From a virus, in IMG/VR virus record IMGVR_UViG_3300045988_076157, positions 1 to 52,063 of that record: 52,063 nt of DNA. One strand, written 5' to 3'. Of the stretch, positions 7,078 to 16,240 are shown piece by piece (within the stretch, counting starts at the first letter, position 1; each line of letters opens with the position of its first letter). The notes beneath the pieces were generated by a model. That model saw only the letters and a list, made by a program, of their open reading frames with translations, had not been told where the DNA came from and did not search any database. The translations under genes and the position numbers were made by a program.

Positions 7078-8540
7078 ACCATCATCACCTCCACCGGAAT
7101 ATCGACCGCGGGCACAGCGCCCGCCGCCTTGACCGTCAGCGAACCCGCCGCCTGTGCCGTCACACGGGGCTGCGCCGCGCCCCACGCGGCGAACTGCTCG
7201 TCGGTGGCACTCTGGGCGATGCGCAGGCTGCCGTTGGCCGATGCTGTCACGCCAGAGACGGCCAGCGTCTGCACGCCATTGCTCCACCCCGCCGCCGTCA
7301 GCGTGGCGGCTTTTGACACAGACTTGTCGGCCTTTTTGTTCCACGTGTCCTTTTCTACGTCAGTAACGACTCGGTGCGTGGAATCTTCTGTTAGGTCACT
7401 CAGCTTCTCTGGAATATCATCAGGGGACGCATAGTCCACCCCAGCTTTGGCGGCAGTCACACCCCCGCTGCCATTGCCCTTGAGAATGCCGCTAGAGGTG
7501 ATCTTGGCCTGCTTTTTATCCAGAGCCGTTTGGACGGCTGTACTAACAGGTTTATCCTCGTCACTTGTGTTATCCACATTCCCAAGTCCAACCATAGCTT
7601 TAGTATAATCTCCCTCTTCGGGATTTACCGAGCCAGATCTTCCATTGAAAGAGGTTACTCCACCGCCTGCAATTCCCTGGGCTTGGTCTTTGTAGTATTT
7701 GGCATTGTTGCGATACGCGGGATCCGTAGAGGAAACAGGTTGACCTTTCCTCGTCCCCACAGCCCAAGCTTCTGCGTCTTCTGCATCATCTGCAGCATTC
7801 TCAGCAGCTTCTTGAGCCTGAGTCTTGGCTGTAGTTGCATTTGTGGCAGAATTAGAAGCATTTTGAGCCGAGGTATAAGCAGCCGTAGCAGAACTCTGCG
7901 CATTGGTCTCAGCAGCTTGAGCATCGGTCTTTGCTTGCTCCGCAGCTGTTTGAGCTTGTTCCGCCTCAGTTTTTGCAGATTGTGCAGATAACTTGGCCTG
8001 TTCTGCAGCTATAGCCCCATTTTGAGCAGCATGAGCCGCCGTGATAGCATCTTCGGCTGCTTGAATAGCTTGATCAGCTTTTGCTCCGCTCTCAATCGCT
8101 TTCTGAATCTGTTCCGCAATAATGTTGTAATAATCACTAGATATGATTGTGTCATCTGCATAAGCAGACTTCTCCACCAGAATCTGGAATACAAAAGTAG
8201 CCAATTTGGTAGGTTTGTCACTTGTACCACCATAGAGATCAACTTCAGCATCTACTACTCCTGCCACAGACAACACCTGAGCTGCTACAGGAATAGTAAC
8301 GACCCTGTTAGCGTATGATACAGCATCTCCATTTTCTGTACGGTCATACAGACCACCTGTCCCATCAGGTTTTCCAAATCTCATCATGGCGGTAGACCCT
8401 GTGGGAATGGTGTAAGGCTGTACCCCATCCCAGAGGGTTGCCTTTATGGTTCGACTGTTAGAGTCTCCCTGTGCCATATACAAGATAGGGGGAGTTACCG
8501 CATTGGAAAGATTCAAATCCACAGTATGTGTAATGCTCAC
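7074..8540 (-). CDS. Tail fibre / receptor-binding protein (BppU-like N-terminus, Ala/Gln coiled coil, fibre motifs)
   Basis: GTG start with RBS GAGGAGG. AEAWAVG and GLGNVDNTSDEDKPVS motifs are typical of phage fibres. The 3' third shifts to high GC. Confidence 0.8.
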   Translation of the reverse strand: MSITHTVDLNLSNAVTPPILYMAQGDSNSRTIKATLWDGVQPYTIPTGSTAMMRFGKPDGTGGLYDRTENGDAVSYANRVVTIPVAAQVLSVAGVVDAEVDLYGGTSDKPTKLATFVFQILVEKSAYADDTIISSDYYNIIAEQIQKAIESGAKADQAIQAAEDAITAAHAAQNGAIAAEQAKLSAQSAKTEAEQAQTAAEQAKTDAQAAETNAQSSATAAYTSAQNASNSATNATTAKTQAQEAAENAADDAEDAEAWAVGTRKGQPVSSTDPAYRNNAKYYKDQAQGIAGGGVTSFNGRSGSVNPEEGDYTKAMVGLGNVDNTSDEDKPVSTAVQTALDKKQAKITSSGILKGNGSGGVTAAKAGVDYASPDDIPEKLSDLTEDSTHRVVTDVEKDTWNKKADKSVSKAATLTAAGWSNGVQTLAVSGVTASANGSLRIAQSATDEQFAAWGAAQPRVTAQAAGSLTVKAAGAVPAVDIPVEVMMV

Positions 8541-8905
8541 CTAGTCACCTCCTCTGTGGTTATTCCCAAAAGTTCAAGAGCAGCTTTGTACTCAGCAGCT
8601 TCTGCTTTTGCTTCCTCCAGGGCCTGTTCATCACTATCTGTTAGGTAAGGACGTCTTAAAGATACCCGTATTGCATTCCCATCGGACACCTTTTCCACCC
8701 CAACCAATTCAGTGTAGTTGAGATAGACGATGGAACTTTCTCCTGCGGAATAGGTTATTTTCTTAATACTGTTTGAGTCCGAGAATATCTCTAGAGCCTC
8801 CTTCAAAGTTATACCCAGCAAGTCTGCATACAGGGTGCCTGAAGAAGCGAGTCCACAGAAAGAACAATCATAAGTATTGGCTTCATCCAAGATGATTTTT
8901 GGCAT
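8537..8905 (-). CDS. Hypothetical tail-region protein ending in the motif YKAALELLGITTEE
   Basis: RBS AAGGGGGTG. 122 aa. Confidence 0.7.
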   Translation of the reverse strand: MPKIILDEANTYDCSFCGLASSGTLYADLLGITLKEALEIFSDSNSIKKITYSAGESSIVYLNYTELVGVEKVSDGNAIRVSLRRPYLTDSDEQALEEAKAEAAEYKAALELLGITTEEVTR

Positions 8906-8917
8906 AGTTTCACCCCC

Positions 8918-10633
8918 TTAATATCGTACATACCCATTGGAAAGGTATAGAGACTCGCCTTTCAAGTTGATTCCCGCAATTGCACTAACAATGTTCACTA
9001 CCAACTTATCAATAGTAGCACTACCAGCAAGAAGTTTGTTTGCTTCTATGATATCTGCAAAATAACCGTTGATTGTGCTATTGCAAGTTGTTGTGGCAAC
9101 GCTTCCACTTGTCAGATGTCGGTTGACAATTGCATCTGTAGCAATGTTTCCACCATCAACAGCATAGCTTCCGATCTTATCGTTAGTGACCGAACCATCG
9201 TAAATCTTGGAACTGGTTACAGCACCACCGGCCAGACAGTCTGTAGTTACTGATCCCGCTTTAATTGATTCTGCAATAACAGCACCCGCTTTGATAGTCC
9301 CGGTAATATTGGCTCCATTCACATATAGAGTATCAGCGCTAATGAATTTGCCAACGATAGAGCCATCTTGGGTAATGGCTGTTTCATAGGTCTGTCCTCC
9401 ATTTGAAGAAAAGCCAAGACCCCCAGAATTCCATCGCCAAATCTTGGTAGTGGTAGTCAGCTCGGGGGTATCCATTATGAGGATTTCTGTTGGTTGACCC
9501 TCATCATTGCGCTTGAAGATAACATACCCGCCACCTCCCCCGGTAATCCATGCGGTGGCATTCATGATTGCCTTTTGCATGTCAGAACTAGTGGGCATGG
9601 ACTGTATTTCTGTAGTTTGACCTGCTATGGTGTCCGCAATGCTGGTACGAATGTCTCCGATCTCTACAGAGGTGTATCTATCCAACAGTACATCATAGGT
9701 AGTTCTTACGACTTTGGCCTTTGTACTTACTCCAAGTTTAACGAAAACCACGGTAACTTCATCACAGAGGTTTACAGGTTCATCCAACTGATCAAAGGAC
9801 ACCTCTAGAGAGACCTTGGGAACCCCAACCTTGTTGTCTGTGATGTAATACTGAGCAGCGGTTCTCAGCTGATCTTCCGTAGGAGCCTCATCAAAGTTAC
9901 TCGAGAGGTCCAGGGAGAGAACTCTTACGAAGTCAAAGGTACCGGTTACATCAATGACTTTCTCAGGGAGCTGCACTACAGATTCCCCGTTTGTCCAATA
10001 GGGATAAACCTTAGTGTATACAGCAGCACAATTATGGTCTTGTTCCAAAGAGGTCAAGTTCTTGCCATATCGTATCGTGACCCCTTTGTCAGAACCTCTG
10101 TTCTTCCAAAGCTTCACAATAAAACGATCAAACTCATACTCTCCACCATACACGTCAAGTACACTTCCCCGTACACCCCCGAGGAGGGATCTTGCAGAGA
10201 TTGGTGTTATACACTTCAAGTTTGCTGTACTGGTTTTATCGGTCCGATAGATGAACCCCGCATTGCTAGGTATGGAAGTGCTTTGCATTTTCTGAAATAC
10301 CTCAGATAATCCGGAAGCGCTGAACGGGGGAATTGCTACACCAGACAGATCATAGCTGATGTGCTGAGCATACACGGTTACAAACCCGTTCAGAGGTTTG
10401 GTTATGCGGTAGATTCGGAAAGGCTGGGGCTTCTTGTTGGGATTGGGCTTGGCTAGAATGATTCCTCTGTCAGAGAGAGAACCATAATGAATACCTGTGA
10501 CAGGATAGGTCATTGCAAGCTCAAACCCCCCATTTCTCTCTTCCTCAACTACACAGGAGCCTGCATCATTGAGTACTCCGATACCATTGTCGGAAAAGAT
10601 TCTTTCTTGAGAATCATAAAGAATAGGTTTCAT
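8918..10633 (-). CDS. Tail-associated lysin-type baseplate protein (Tal; phage minor structural protein N-terminal / Prophage_tail-like)
   Basis: MKPILYDSQERIFSDNGIGVLNDA...NGGFELAMTYP is the classic N-terminus of this family. The ATG at 10633 overlaps the Dit stop. Confidence 0.85.
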   Translation of the reverse strand: MKPILYDSQERIFSDNGIGVLNDAGSCVVEEERNGGFELAMTYPVTGIHYGSLSDRGIILAKPNPNKKPQPFRIYRITKPLNGFVTVYAQHISYDLSGVAIPPFSASGLSEVFQKMQSTSIPSNAGFIYRTDKTSTANLKCITPISARSLLGGVRGSVLDVYGGEYEFDRFIVKLWKNRGSDKGVTIRYGKNLTSLEQDHNCAAVYTKVYPYWTNGESVVQLPEKVIDVTGTFDFVRVLSLDLSSNFDEAPTEDQLRTAAQYYITDNKVGVPKVSLEVSFDQLDEPVNLCDEVTVVFVKLGVSTKAKVVRTTYDVLLDRYTSVEIGDIRTSIADTIAGQTTEIQSMPTSSDMQKAIMNATAWITGGGGGYVIFKRNDEGQPTEILIMDTPELTTTTKIWRWNSGGLGFSSNGGQTYETAITQDGSIVGKFISADTLYVNGANITGTIKAGAVIAESIKAGSVTTDCLAGGAVTSSKIYDGSVTNDKIGSYAVDGGNIATDAIVNRHLTSGSVATTTCNSTINGYFADIIEANKLLAGSATIDKLVVNIVSAIAGINLKGESLYLSNGYVRY

Positions 10634-11328
10634 AATTTCCACCACCTTGGAGTGATGTTAACTTTTGTTATGTTCCCTGTCCAAGATATTTGGGTTTTAC
10701 CCGCTTTGAGAGAAGGGAACTCCATCGCTGAAATGTTTTTATTCTGGTATCCTGTAGAATCATATGCATTTTGTGTATCACTATCAATAAAGAGAACCCC
10801 ATTTGGGCTAGCCAGAATTGATACAGTCACGTCTCCTACAGTCAATTCAGCAGGTCCTTGTCCTATCACTTCAATTAGAGGCAATGCGGTGTATCCAGTG
10901 GGATTGAGCATCCAAGAGTTTTGAGAGACTTCAAGAACAGATTGTCCTGAGAAAAGAAACGATTGGGGTTGACAATCAAAAGATACTTTAGTTTCATGGT
11001 AGCAGTCTCGATAGTTTTCTATCTCATCAACGGAAGCAACCCTTGCCATACGATAGACTTCAGGGAACCTGGAGTCAACCAGTCGGTAATACCCATCTTG
11101 CTTTAGCCAGGAAAACACTTGATCATCTGAAGTGTTCTCAGGCAACCAATACAGTGTGTACTGATCGGTGTAGCTATCATACACTTTCTCATCTTCAAGA
11201 ATTGAACCCTGTTTCCCTGGTACTGTTTTGGTGGTTATACGGCGGGAGGGAAGCTTCCGGCCGTAGTATTCAGGGAGTATGATTCCCAGAGCATGGGAAG
11301 TCACTCCAGCAAATTCTATCATGTCCAT
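10630..11328 (-). CDS. Distal tail protein (Dit, Sipho_tail-like)
   Basis: Position between TMP and Tal, 232 aa, RBS GGAGGG. Confidence 0.75.
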   Translation of the reverse strand: MDMIEFAGVTSHALGIILPEYYGRKLPSRRITTKTVPGKQGSILEDEKVYDSYTDQYTLYWLPENTSDDQVFSWLKQDGYYRLVDSRFPEVYRMARVASVDEIENYRDCYHETKVSFDCQPQSFLFSGQSVLEVSQNSWMLNPTGYTALPLIEVIGQGPAELTVGDVTVSILASPNGVLFIDSDTQNAYDSTGYQNKNISAMEFPSLKAGKTQISWTGNITKVNITPRWWKL

Positions 11329-13640
11329 ACAGCTTCCCTCCTGTCTGCAATGTGTTGAATCTCATAAGCAATGGCTTGTGCCAACTGCTTCTCATCAGAG
11401 TATTTAGCTCCTTCAATGTTAATATTCACCGTGCCAAACATTGAAGATCCCGCTCTGTTCTCGTTTTGCTCCTTAGTGAGGATGGCCTCGCCCTGATGAA
11501 CCCTTACATTCATGTCGCGAGGAACATAATCCAAACCAGAAGCATAAGAACCTCTAACTCCACTTGTGGCATCGCTGTATCCTTCCTTGGCAGCCCCGAA
11601 AAGGCTTTTGATCTTTTGAACAACACCGTCAATCCACCCGGTGATCTTGTTCCAGATCGACTTCAGTCCTTCCCACAAACCATTGAAGATATCTTTACCG
11701 ATCTGTAGCATTTGCTTGGGGAGACCTTTCAAAAAGTCAATTGCTTTGTTAAACCATTCCTTGAACTTTCCGGGGAGGTTCTTCAAACCATCTACAATGG
11801 CTGTGAGGAATTTTGAAATTGTTTCCTTTGCTTTGTTATATGTGTCAACCCCCCACTGTACAATCTTACTATAGGATTCAACCAGCCAATCCCAAATACG
11901 ACCAGGGAGTTCAGAAAACCAAGTACCGATATCGGATATCAACTGAGGGATTGCTGTAGTTAGGTAACTCCAGGTCTCCTCTACCCAAGAAACAACTTTG
12001 CCGACTGCATACCCCAACCAATAAGCGATCTTTTCGGGCAACTCAGAGAACCAGTTTACAACACTATCGATTACTTGACCGATCTTATCGGGGAGCTCTT
12101 TAAAGAAGTTGACAATGTCGTCAATTGCTTGGCCAATCCAATCAACAACTGATTGAAATACCTCTTTGATACCATCCCACAGGTCTATCCAAAACTGACG
12201 GAATTGATCACAATTATTCCACAAAGATACAAATGCCAGTATTAACGCAGCTATCGCCATAACAAGGAGAAGAATTGGATTGGCCGCCATTACGGCATTT
12301 AAGGCAGTCATAACAGCGCTCAGGATAGGGATAATTTTTATCGCTGCGTTTATCATTGTGATGAGTTTACCCAGAACTACCAATAGAGGACCAACCGCTG
12401 CTGCGATTTCAAGTATGGTTACCAGGGCGGACTTTTGTTCCTCGGACAGTCCATCCAGCCAACCGATAGCTTTTTGAAGAAGACTGTTAAGAGAGTCTAC
12501 TAAAGGGATAAGCAGCTCCCCAAACGATGCTGCAAGGTTGACCGCGCTGTTCTTCAGCATTGCCAGCTTAGACTCCGTGGTCTCATAGCGGGTGTTTGCC
12601 TCATTTACCAGAGCAGTATTCTCTTGCCATGCATTGTTAGCAGTATCAATCGAGTCTGCAAGCAGGTCAGAAGCCAAACCCAGAGACTTCAACATATTGG
12701 ACTGACGGATACCAGTCAAACCGAGGTTATCAAGTACCAATACAGCGGACTCGCCGCTCTCGTCCAATTTACCCAGGCCTGTGATAAAAGACTGGATAGC
12801 CGTTATGGGAGAAGTTTCCCAAGCGGTTGCAAACTCTTTGGAAGTCATGCCGGAGACTCTGGCAAACTCAGCCAGCTTTTCTCCCTCATTCGCTACGGCT
12901 TTTTCAATCTCATTAAAGGTCTGTGTCATAGCAGTGCCACCAGCCTCGGCCTCGATACCAACAGAAGACATAGCCGTAGCCAGAGCCATCAACTCAGCTT
13001 CCGTAAGACCAGCCAGTTTACCACCAGCAGCCAATCTATTGGTCATAGCCACAATCTCAGACTCAGTGGTAGCAAAATTGTTACCCAAATCAACGATTGT
13101 TGCACCAAACCGAGAGACGTCCTCGCTGGAGGTGCCCATGATGTTCATCACTCGTGCAATAGAAGTAGCTGCCTCTTCCGAGCTCAGGTTAGTAGCATCA
13201 CCCAGCATTACCATGGTCTTGGTAAACTGTAACAGACTGTCCGTTCCTCTGACACCCAGCTGACCAGCCACTTCCATAACACCGGCGATTTCAGAGGCCG
13301 ACTGAGGCATGGTACTACTCATCTCTTTGATACCATCGCTTAGAGCAGCGAACTCTTCTTCCGTGGCATCCACGGTCTTACGAACACCGGTAAATGCGGA
13401 CTCAAAGTCGACCGCTGCTTTCGTAGCTACCGTTCCCAATCCAGCAAGAGGAACAGTAACGTTCTTGGTCAAGGTCTTACCAGCAGAGGTGAACGCAGAA
13501 CCAAGTCCTGTTAATTTATCTGTTACAGTTGCTCCTTCCCTCTTAAATACATTCAGCTGAGATAGAGCACCCTTAATTCCATCTTTAAAGCTGGTTGTAT
13601 CAAGCAGAAGATAGCCAACTGCACTTCCGAGATTTATCAA
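11319..13640 (-). CDS. Tail tape measure protein (TP901-family core)
   Basis: 773 aa. Core segment ...AGVMEVAGQLGV...FATTESEIVAMTNRLAAGGKLAGL... and a hydrophobic central segment. TTG start with RBS AAGGGGGTG. Confidence 0.9.
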   Translation of the reverse strand: MINLGSAVGYLLLDTTSFKDGIKGALSQLNVFKREGATVTDKLTGLGSAFTSAGKTLTKNVTVPLAGLGTVATKAAVDFESAFTGVRKTVDATEEEFAALSDGIKEMSSTMPQSASEIAGVMEVAGQLGVRGTDSLLQFTKTMVMLGDATNLSSEEAATSIARVMNIMGTSSEDVSRFGATIVDLGNNFATTESEIVAMTNRLAAGGKLAGLTEAELMALATAMSSVGIEAEAGGTAMTQTFNEIEKAVANEGEKLAEFARVSGMTSKEFATAWETSPITAIQSFITGLGKLDESGESAVLVLDNLGLTGIRQSNMLKSLGLASDLLADSIDTANNAWQENTALVNEANTRYETTESKLAMLKNSAVNLAASFGELLIPLVDSLNSLLQKAIGWLDGLSEEQKSALVTILEIAAAVGPLLVVLGKLITMINAAIKIIPILSAVMTALNAVMAANPILLLVMAIAALILAFVSLWNNCDQFRQFWIDLWDGIKEVFQSVVDWIGQAIDDIVNFFKELPDKIGQVIDSVVNWFSELPEKIAYWLGYAVGKVVSWVEETWSYLTTAIPQLISDIGTWFSELPGRIWDWLVESYSKIVQWGVDTYNKAKETISKFLTAIVDGLKNLPGKFKEWFNKAIDFLKGLPKQMLQIGKDIFNGLWEGLKSIWNKITGWIDGVVQKIKSLFGAAKEGYSDATSGVRGSYASGLDYVPRDMNVRVHQGEAILTKEQNENRAGSSMFGTVNINIEGAKYSDEKQLAQAIAYEIQHIADRREAVWT

Positions 13641-13652
13641 GGTTTCACCCCC

Positions 13653-13925
13653 TTACGTGTATTGAGAGTAGAGGTCACTGAACGAACGGTACTTTGTACG
13701 GAACACAGGCTCCTCTTCCGAGTCTATCTTGTTCATAATGTATGCACAAGCTTCATCAAAGCAGTAGGCCGTGTACTCATCCAGAGCACCCATCAATTCA
13801 GAGGGTCTCACCTTGTACCGTTGAGCGATACCGAGAATTCTCAGTATGTCACGACTCCCCACGAAAGGGCTGGAGTGCCTTGATACCCTGCTGGGTGTAG
13901 TTGAAGATGAACATGTACTGCTCAT
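13653..13925 (-). CDS. Frameshift extension of the tail chaperone (T-like part), in the +1 frame relative to 13849-14250
   Basis: Overlapping ORF with no start signal of its own. It ends 13 nt before the TMP start. The frame offset was computed from coordinates (14250-13925=325, remainder 1). Confidence 0.55.
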   Translation of the reverse strand: MSSTCSSSTTPSRVSRHSSPFVGSRDILRILGIAQRYKVRPSELMGALDEYTAYCFDEACAYIMNKIDSEEEPVFRTKYRSFSDLYSQYT

Positions 13926-14250
13926 CAGTCAGTTCCACGCCAGCGTCCTGAATCTGTTTGTAGGTCGGCTCAACGAACGCAGCCTCGCACAGAACGTCAA
14001 CGACGCTCAATACATCTTGCATAACAGACTCGTTGGCTGCATCCACGCCACCCTTAATGAACAGAGAATTAGCCGTAGTCAACAGAGCGTTGGGAATCTT
14101 GCCGGACTTGGCGAGAGCCATCATAGAGGGTCTACGCAGCCGAGCTACGAAGGGCTGACCCTCGGCAAAAGACGGGAGCTGTACGATAGCACCCCGGCCA
14201 TACTCCTGAAGAGAGTCCAGAGGGGTAATGTCCAGAGAGGTAATGTCCAT
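13849..14250 (-). CDS. Tail assembly chaperone (G-like)
   Basis: 133 aa, between the major tail protein and TMP. RBS AAGGAGG. Confidence 0.75.
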   Translation of the reverse strand: MDITSLDITPLDSLQEYGRGAIVQLPSFAEGQPFVARLRRPSMMALAKSGKIPNALLTTANSLFIKGGVDAANESVMQDVLSVVDVLCEAAFVEPTYKQIQDAGVELTDEQYMFIFNYTQQGIKALQPFRGES

Positions 14251-14264
14251 AGAAATATACCTCC

Positions 14265-14864
14265 TTAACCCGCAGCCTTGGGCAGCTCATCGGGACCGAT
14301 GTAACTGATTTTGTAGGGAGCCTGACCATCGGCCGGAGCAGAGTTGATGGTGTACTCGGGGGCGCGGAAAGCACCGTCCTGAGAGTTGAGCTGGATGGGA
14401 GTACCCTGACAATTCGGATACGCAATTTTCTCGTACCCGGTCAGAATGCCCGCAGCATTGTAGATGGCGGAATAGGCGTTGATGGTAACGACCTTGCCCT
14501 TCTCCGTGGAGCCAGCCACAGGAGGAGTATAAGAGCTCACGCCGAAGCCCTTATCCTCGTCACCCTCAGCGGTATGCTCAGCGGTGGTCCAGTACTTGAC
14601 CGTTCCACCCTGAAGAATCTTGACCTGCTCGGGATTGAAGACGTTATCAGTCAGAACGATGGTGTTGCCAGTGATGGTAGTGACTGTGGGCTTCTGAGCA
14701 ATCAGACGACCCTTGACCACCAGCTTTACGGCGTCCTGAGTATCGGCCTGAACAGTTACCTGAATCTGGGAGGCTGTATCCAGAATGAGCTCATTGGTGC
14801 CGTCGTCCAGAGTTACCAGAGCGACATCAATAGTGGGGATTTCATTGCCCTTTTTGATAGCCAT
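14265..14864 (-). CDS. Major tail protein
   Basis: 199 aa, RBS AAGGAGG, placed upstream of the chaperone/TMP pair. No sheath gene is present, consistent with a non-contractile tail. Confidence 0.75.
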   Translation of the reverse strand: MAIKKGNEIPTIDVALVTLDDGTNELILDTASQIQVTVQADTQDAVKLVVKGRLIAQKPTVTTITGNTIVLTDNVFNPEQVKILQGGTVKYWTTAEHTAEGDEDKGFGVSSYTPPVAGSTEKGKVVTINAYSAIYNAAGILTGYEKIAYPNCQGTPIQLNSQDGAFRAPEYTINSAPADGQAPYKISYIGPDELPKAAG

Positions 14865-14875
14865 ATTGTACCTCC

Positions 14876-15238
14876 TTAATTGTTGTAGTATTTACGATAA
14901 TTAACGTACCGTGTTGATACCATGTGACCCTTGACAGAGTCATCATAGAAGGAAGGTGTCCGGTAGTGCATAGACTTCACCATCGGAAACAATTCTTTCA
15001 TAGCAGTTTCAACAGAGTCGACATAAGTCTCCAGAGTTGTAAACTGGTCTTTCGGTACATAACACAGTACGTCATACAGGTTTTGTGTGGTGCTGAATCC
15101 TTGGAACTGAGTTGTACCCTCATCCCGAAGAACCAGATAGGGCTTAGTGCATTCGCCCTGATGCTGTGCAGGGGTGTACACATCAAACCCCTTGCTCTTC
15201 AAATGCTTGAAGATGTCTTTGTAGCGCGTATTTTCCAT
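14876..15238 (-). CDS. Tail terminator / tail completion protein (DUF3168-like, tentative)
   Basis: 120 aa, position-based, TAATG coupling to the upstream gene. Confidence 0.5.
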   Translation of the reverse strand: MENTRYKDIFKHLKSKGFDVYTPAQHQGECTKPYLVLRDEGTTQFQGFSTTQNLYDVLCYVPKDQFTTLETYVDSVETAMKELFPMVKSMHYRTPSFYDDSVKGHMVSTRYVNYRKYYNN

Positions 15239-15609
15239 TACAGCTTACCCAACCTTTCAAGGAGTCGCTGGAATCCCGGCATTATCTCATTGTTACCAAC
15301 ATAGTTGATTGTTGGGTCAATGATTGCGAACCGTTTCTCATGTGCCAGCTCCAACCAAATACCGTAATCAACACCGTGAGCCAGAGATAACTCATATCCC
15401 TTCTCAACCTTGTAAGAGGAGCCTGTAAGACGCTGTCGTGCGTGTCCGGTACGGTCTGTCCATGGGCGGTGCTGCTTGGCATAGTTCTGGAGCTTGAGAG
15501 CAGAGGTCTGAGCATACGCCGAAATAGCGGCATCCGACTTGCTCTCAAATTTCTCCAGTCCTTTGACGAGGTCAGAGATGTCCAGGTTGAAGCCAAATCC
15601 ATTAGGCAC
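15238..15609 (-). CDS. HK97 gp10-like neck/tail component (tentative)
   Basis: Start trimmed to the GTG at 15609 (RBS GGAGGAGG). QNYAKQHRPWTDRTGHARQRLTG resembles the gp10-family motif. Confidence 0.55.
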   Translation of the reverse strand: MPNGFGFNLDISDLVKGLEKFESKSDAAISAYAQTSALKLQNYAKQHRPWTDRTGHARQRLTGSSYKVEKGYELSLAHGVDYGIWLELAHEKRFAIIDPTINYVGNNEIMPGFQRLLERLGKL

Positions 15610-15973
15610 CTTCTTGAACCTCCTCCAAGTAAACCTCACAGACAATACCCGACTCAGACACGTCCTTGATTTCACCGATGTTGTACTTTTTACCCCCGAT
15701 AGAGCATGTGTACTCGGTATCAATCATATCGACAGCTTCACGCAGACACAAAATCATGGGAGCTGCTTTGGAACGAATAACTGCGCCGTCGGCGGCGGAC
15801 TTTTTCAGGTAGGAAACGTTCTCGTGATAAATCCCCTTGAACGTTACTGTGGATACGGCCACACCGTTGGGCTCCCCGAAGTCGTTCTTACCTTCCTTGT
15901 CAAACACAAACCATTGACCTTGGGTATTGATGCACCGCCGAACTTTATTCAGCTGGAAATTGGAAGCATACAT
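15602..15973 (-). CDS. Head closure / head-tail adaptor protein (tentative)
   Basis: 123 aa, position-based. Confidence 0.5.
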   Translation of the reverse strand: MYASNFQLNKVRRCINTQGQWFVFDKEGKNDFGEPNGVAVSTVTFKGIYHENVSYLKKSAADGAVIRSKAAPMILCLREAVDMIDTEYTCSIGGKKYNIGEIKDVSESGIVCEVYLEEVQEGA

Positions 15974-16231
15974 TTAGAACGCCCCTTTCAGAATACCCGA
16001 GTTGTTGGGTCTGTACTTGGCAGCCAGCCGCCGGAAGTACTTGGAGCTGTCCGCAGCACTCAGCCCGGACACCTGCAAAGTAGTATCTTCAGCCTTGATG
16101 AGCAAACACTGATACGCCGTCAGGTCGTAATTGCCACCGTTCTCCCGCAGATAGAAGTCAAGCTGCTCATCCGTGAAGAAAGGGATGTCTGCTTCTCGCA
16201 GTACAATCTTCAGGTCTTCAATGTTACTCAT
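15974..16231 (-). CDS. Head-tail connector protein (gp6-like, tentative)
   Basis: 85 aa, position-based. Confidence 0.5.
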   Translation of the reverse strand: MSNIEDLKIVLREADIPFFTDEQLDFYLRENGGNYDLTAYQCLLIKAEDTTLQVSGLSAADSSKYFRRLAAKYRPNNSGILKGAF

Positions 16232-16240
16232 ACAGTTACC

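Noticed and set aside
6331-7344. Full 337-aa version of the glycine-rich ORF, and several other N-terminally extended track ORFs (15238-15723, 16241-16690, 20161-20400, 26624-27271, 35342-36376)
   Set aside because: The upstream extensions overlap the preceding gene extensively and lack RBSs. Internal starts with good RBSs or ATGA/TAATG coupling were preferred.
7074-8540. Diversity-generating retroelement targeting the fibre gene
   Set aside because: No reverse transcriptase gene and no template/variable repeat pair were found anywhere in the window.
13849-13925. Canonical -1 slippery heptamer (X_XXY_YYZ) for the tail chaperone frameshift
   Set aside because: None is present in the overlap, and the downstream frame is +1, not -1, by coordinate arithmetic.
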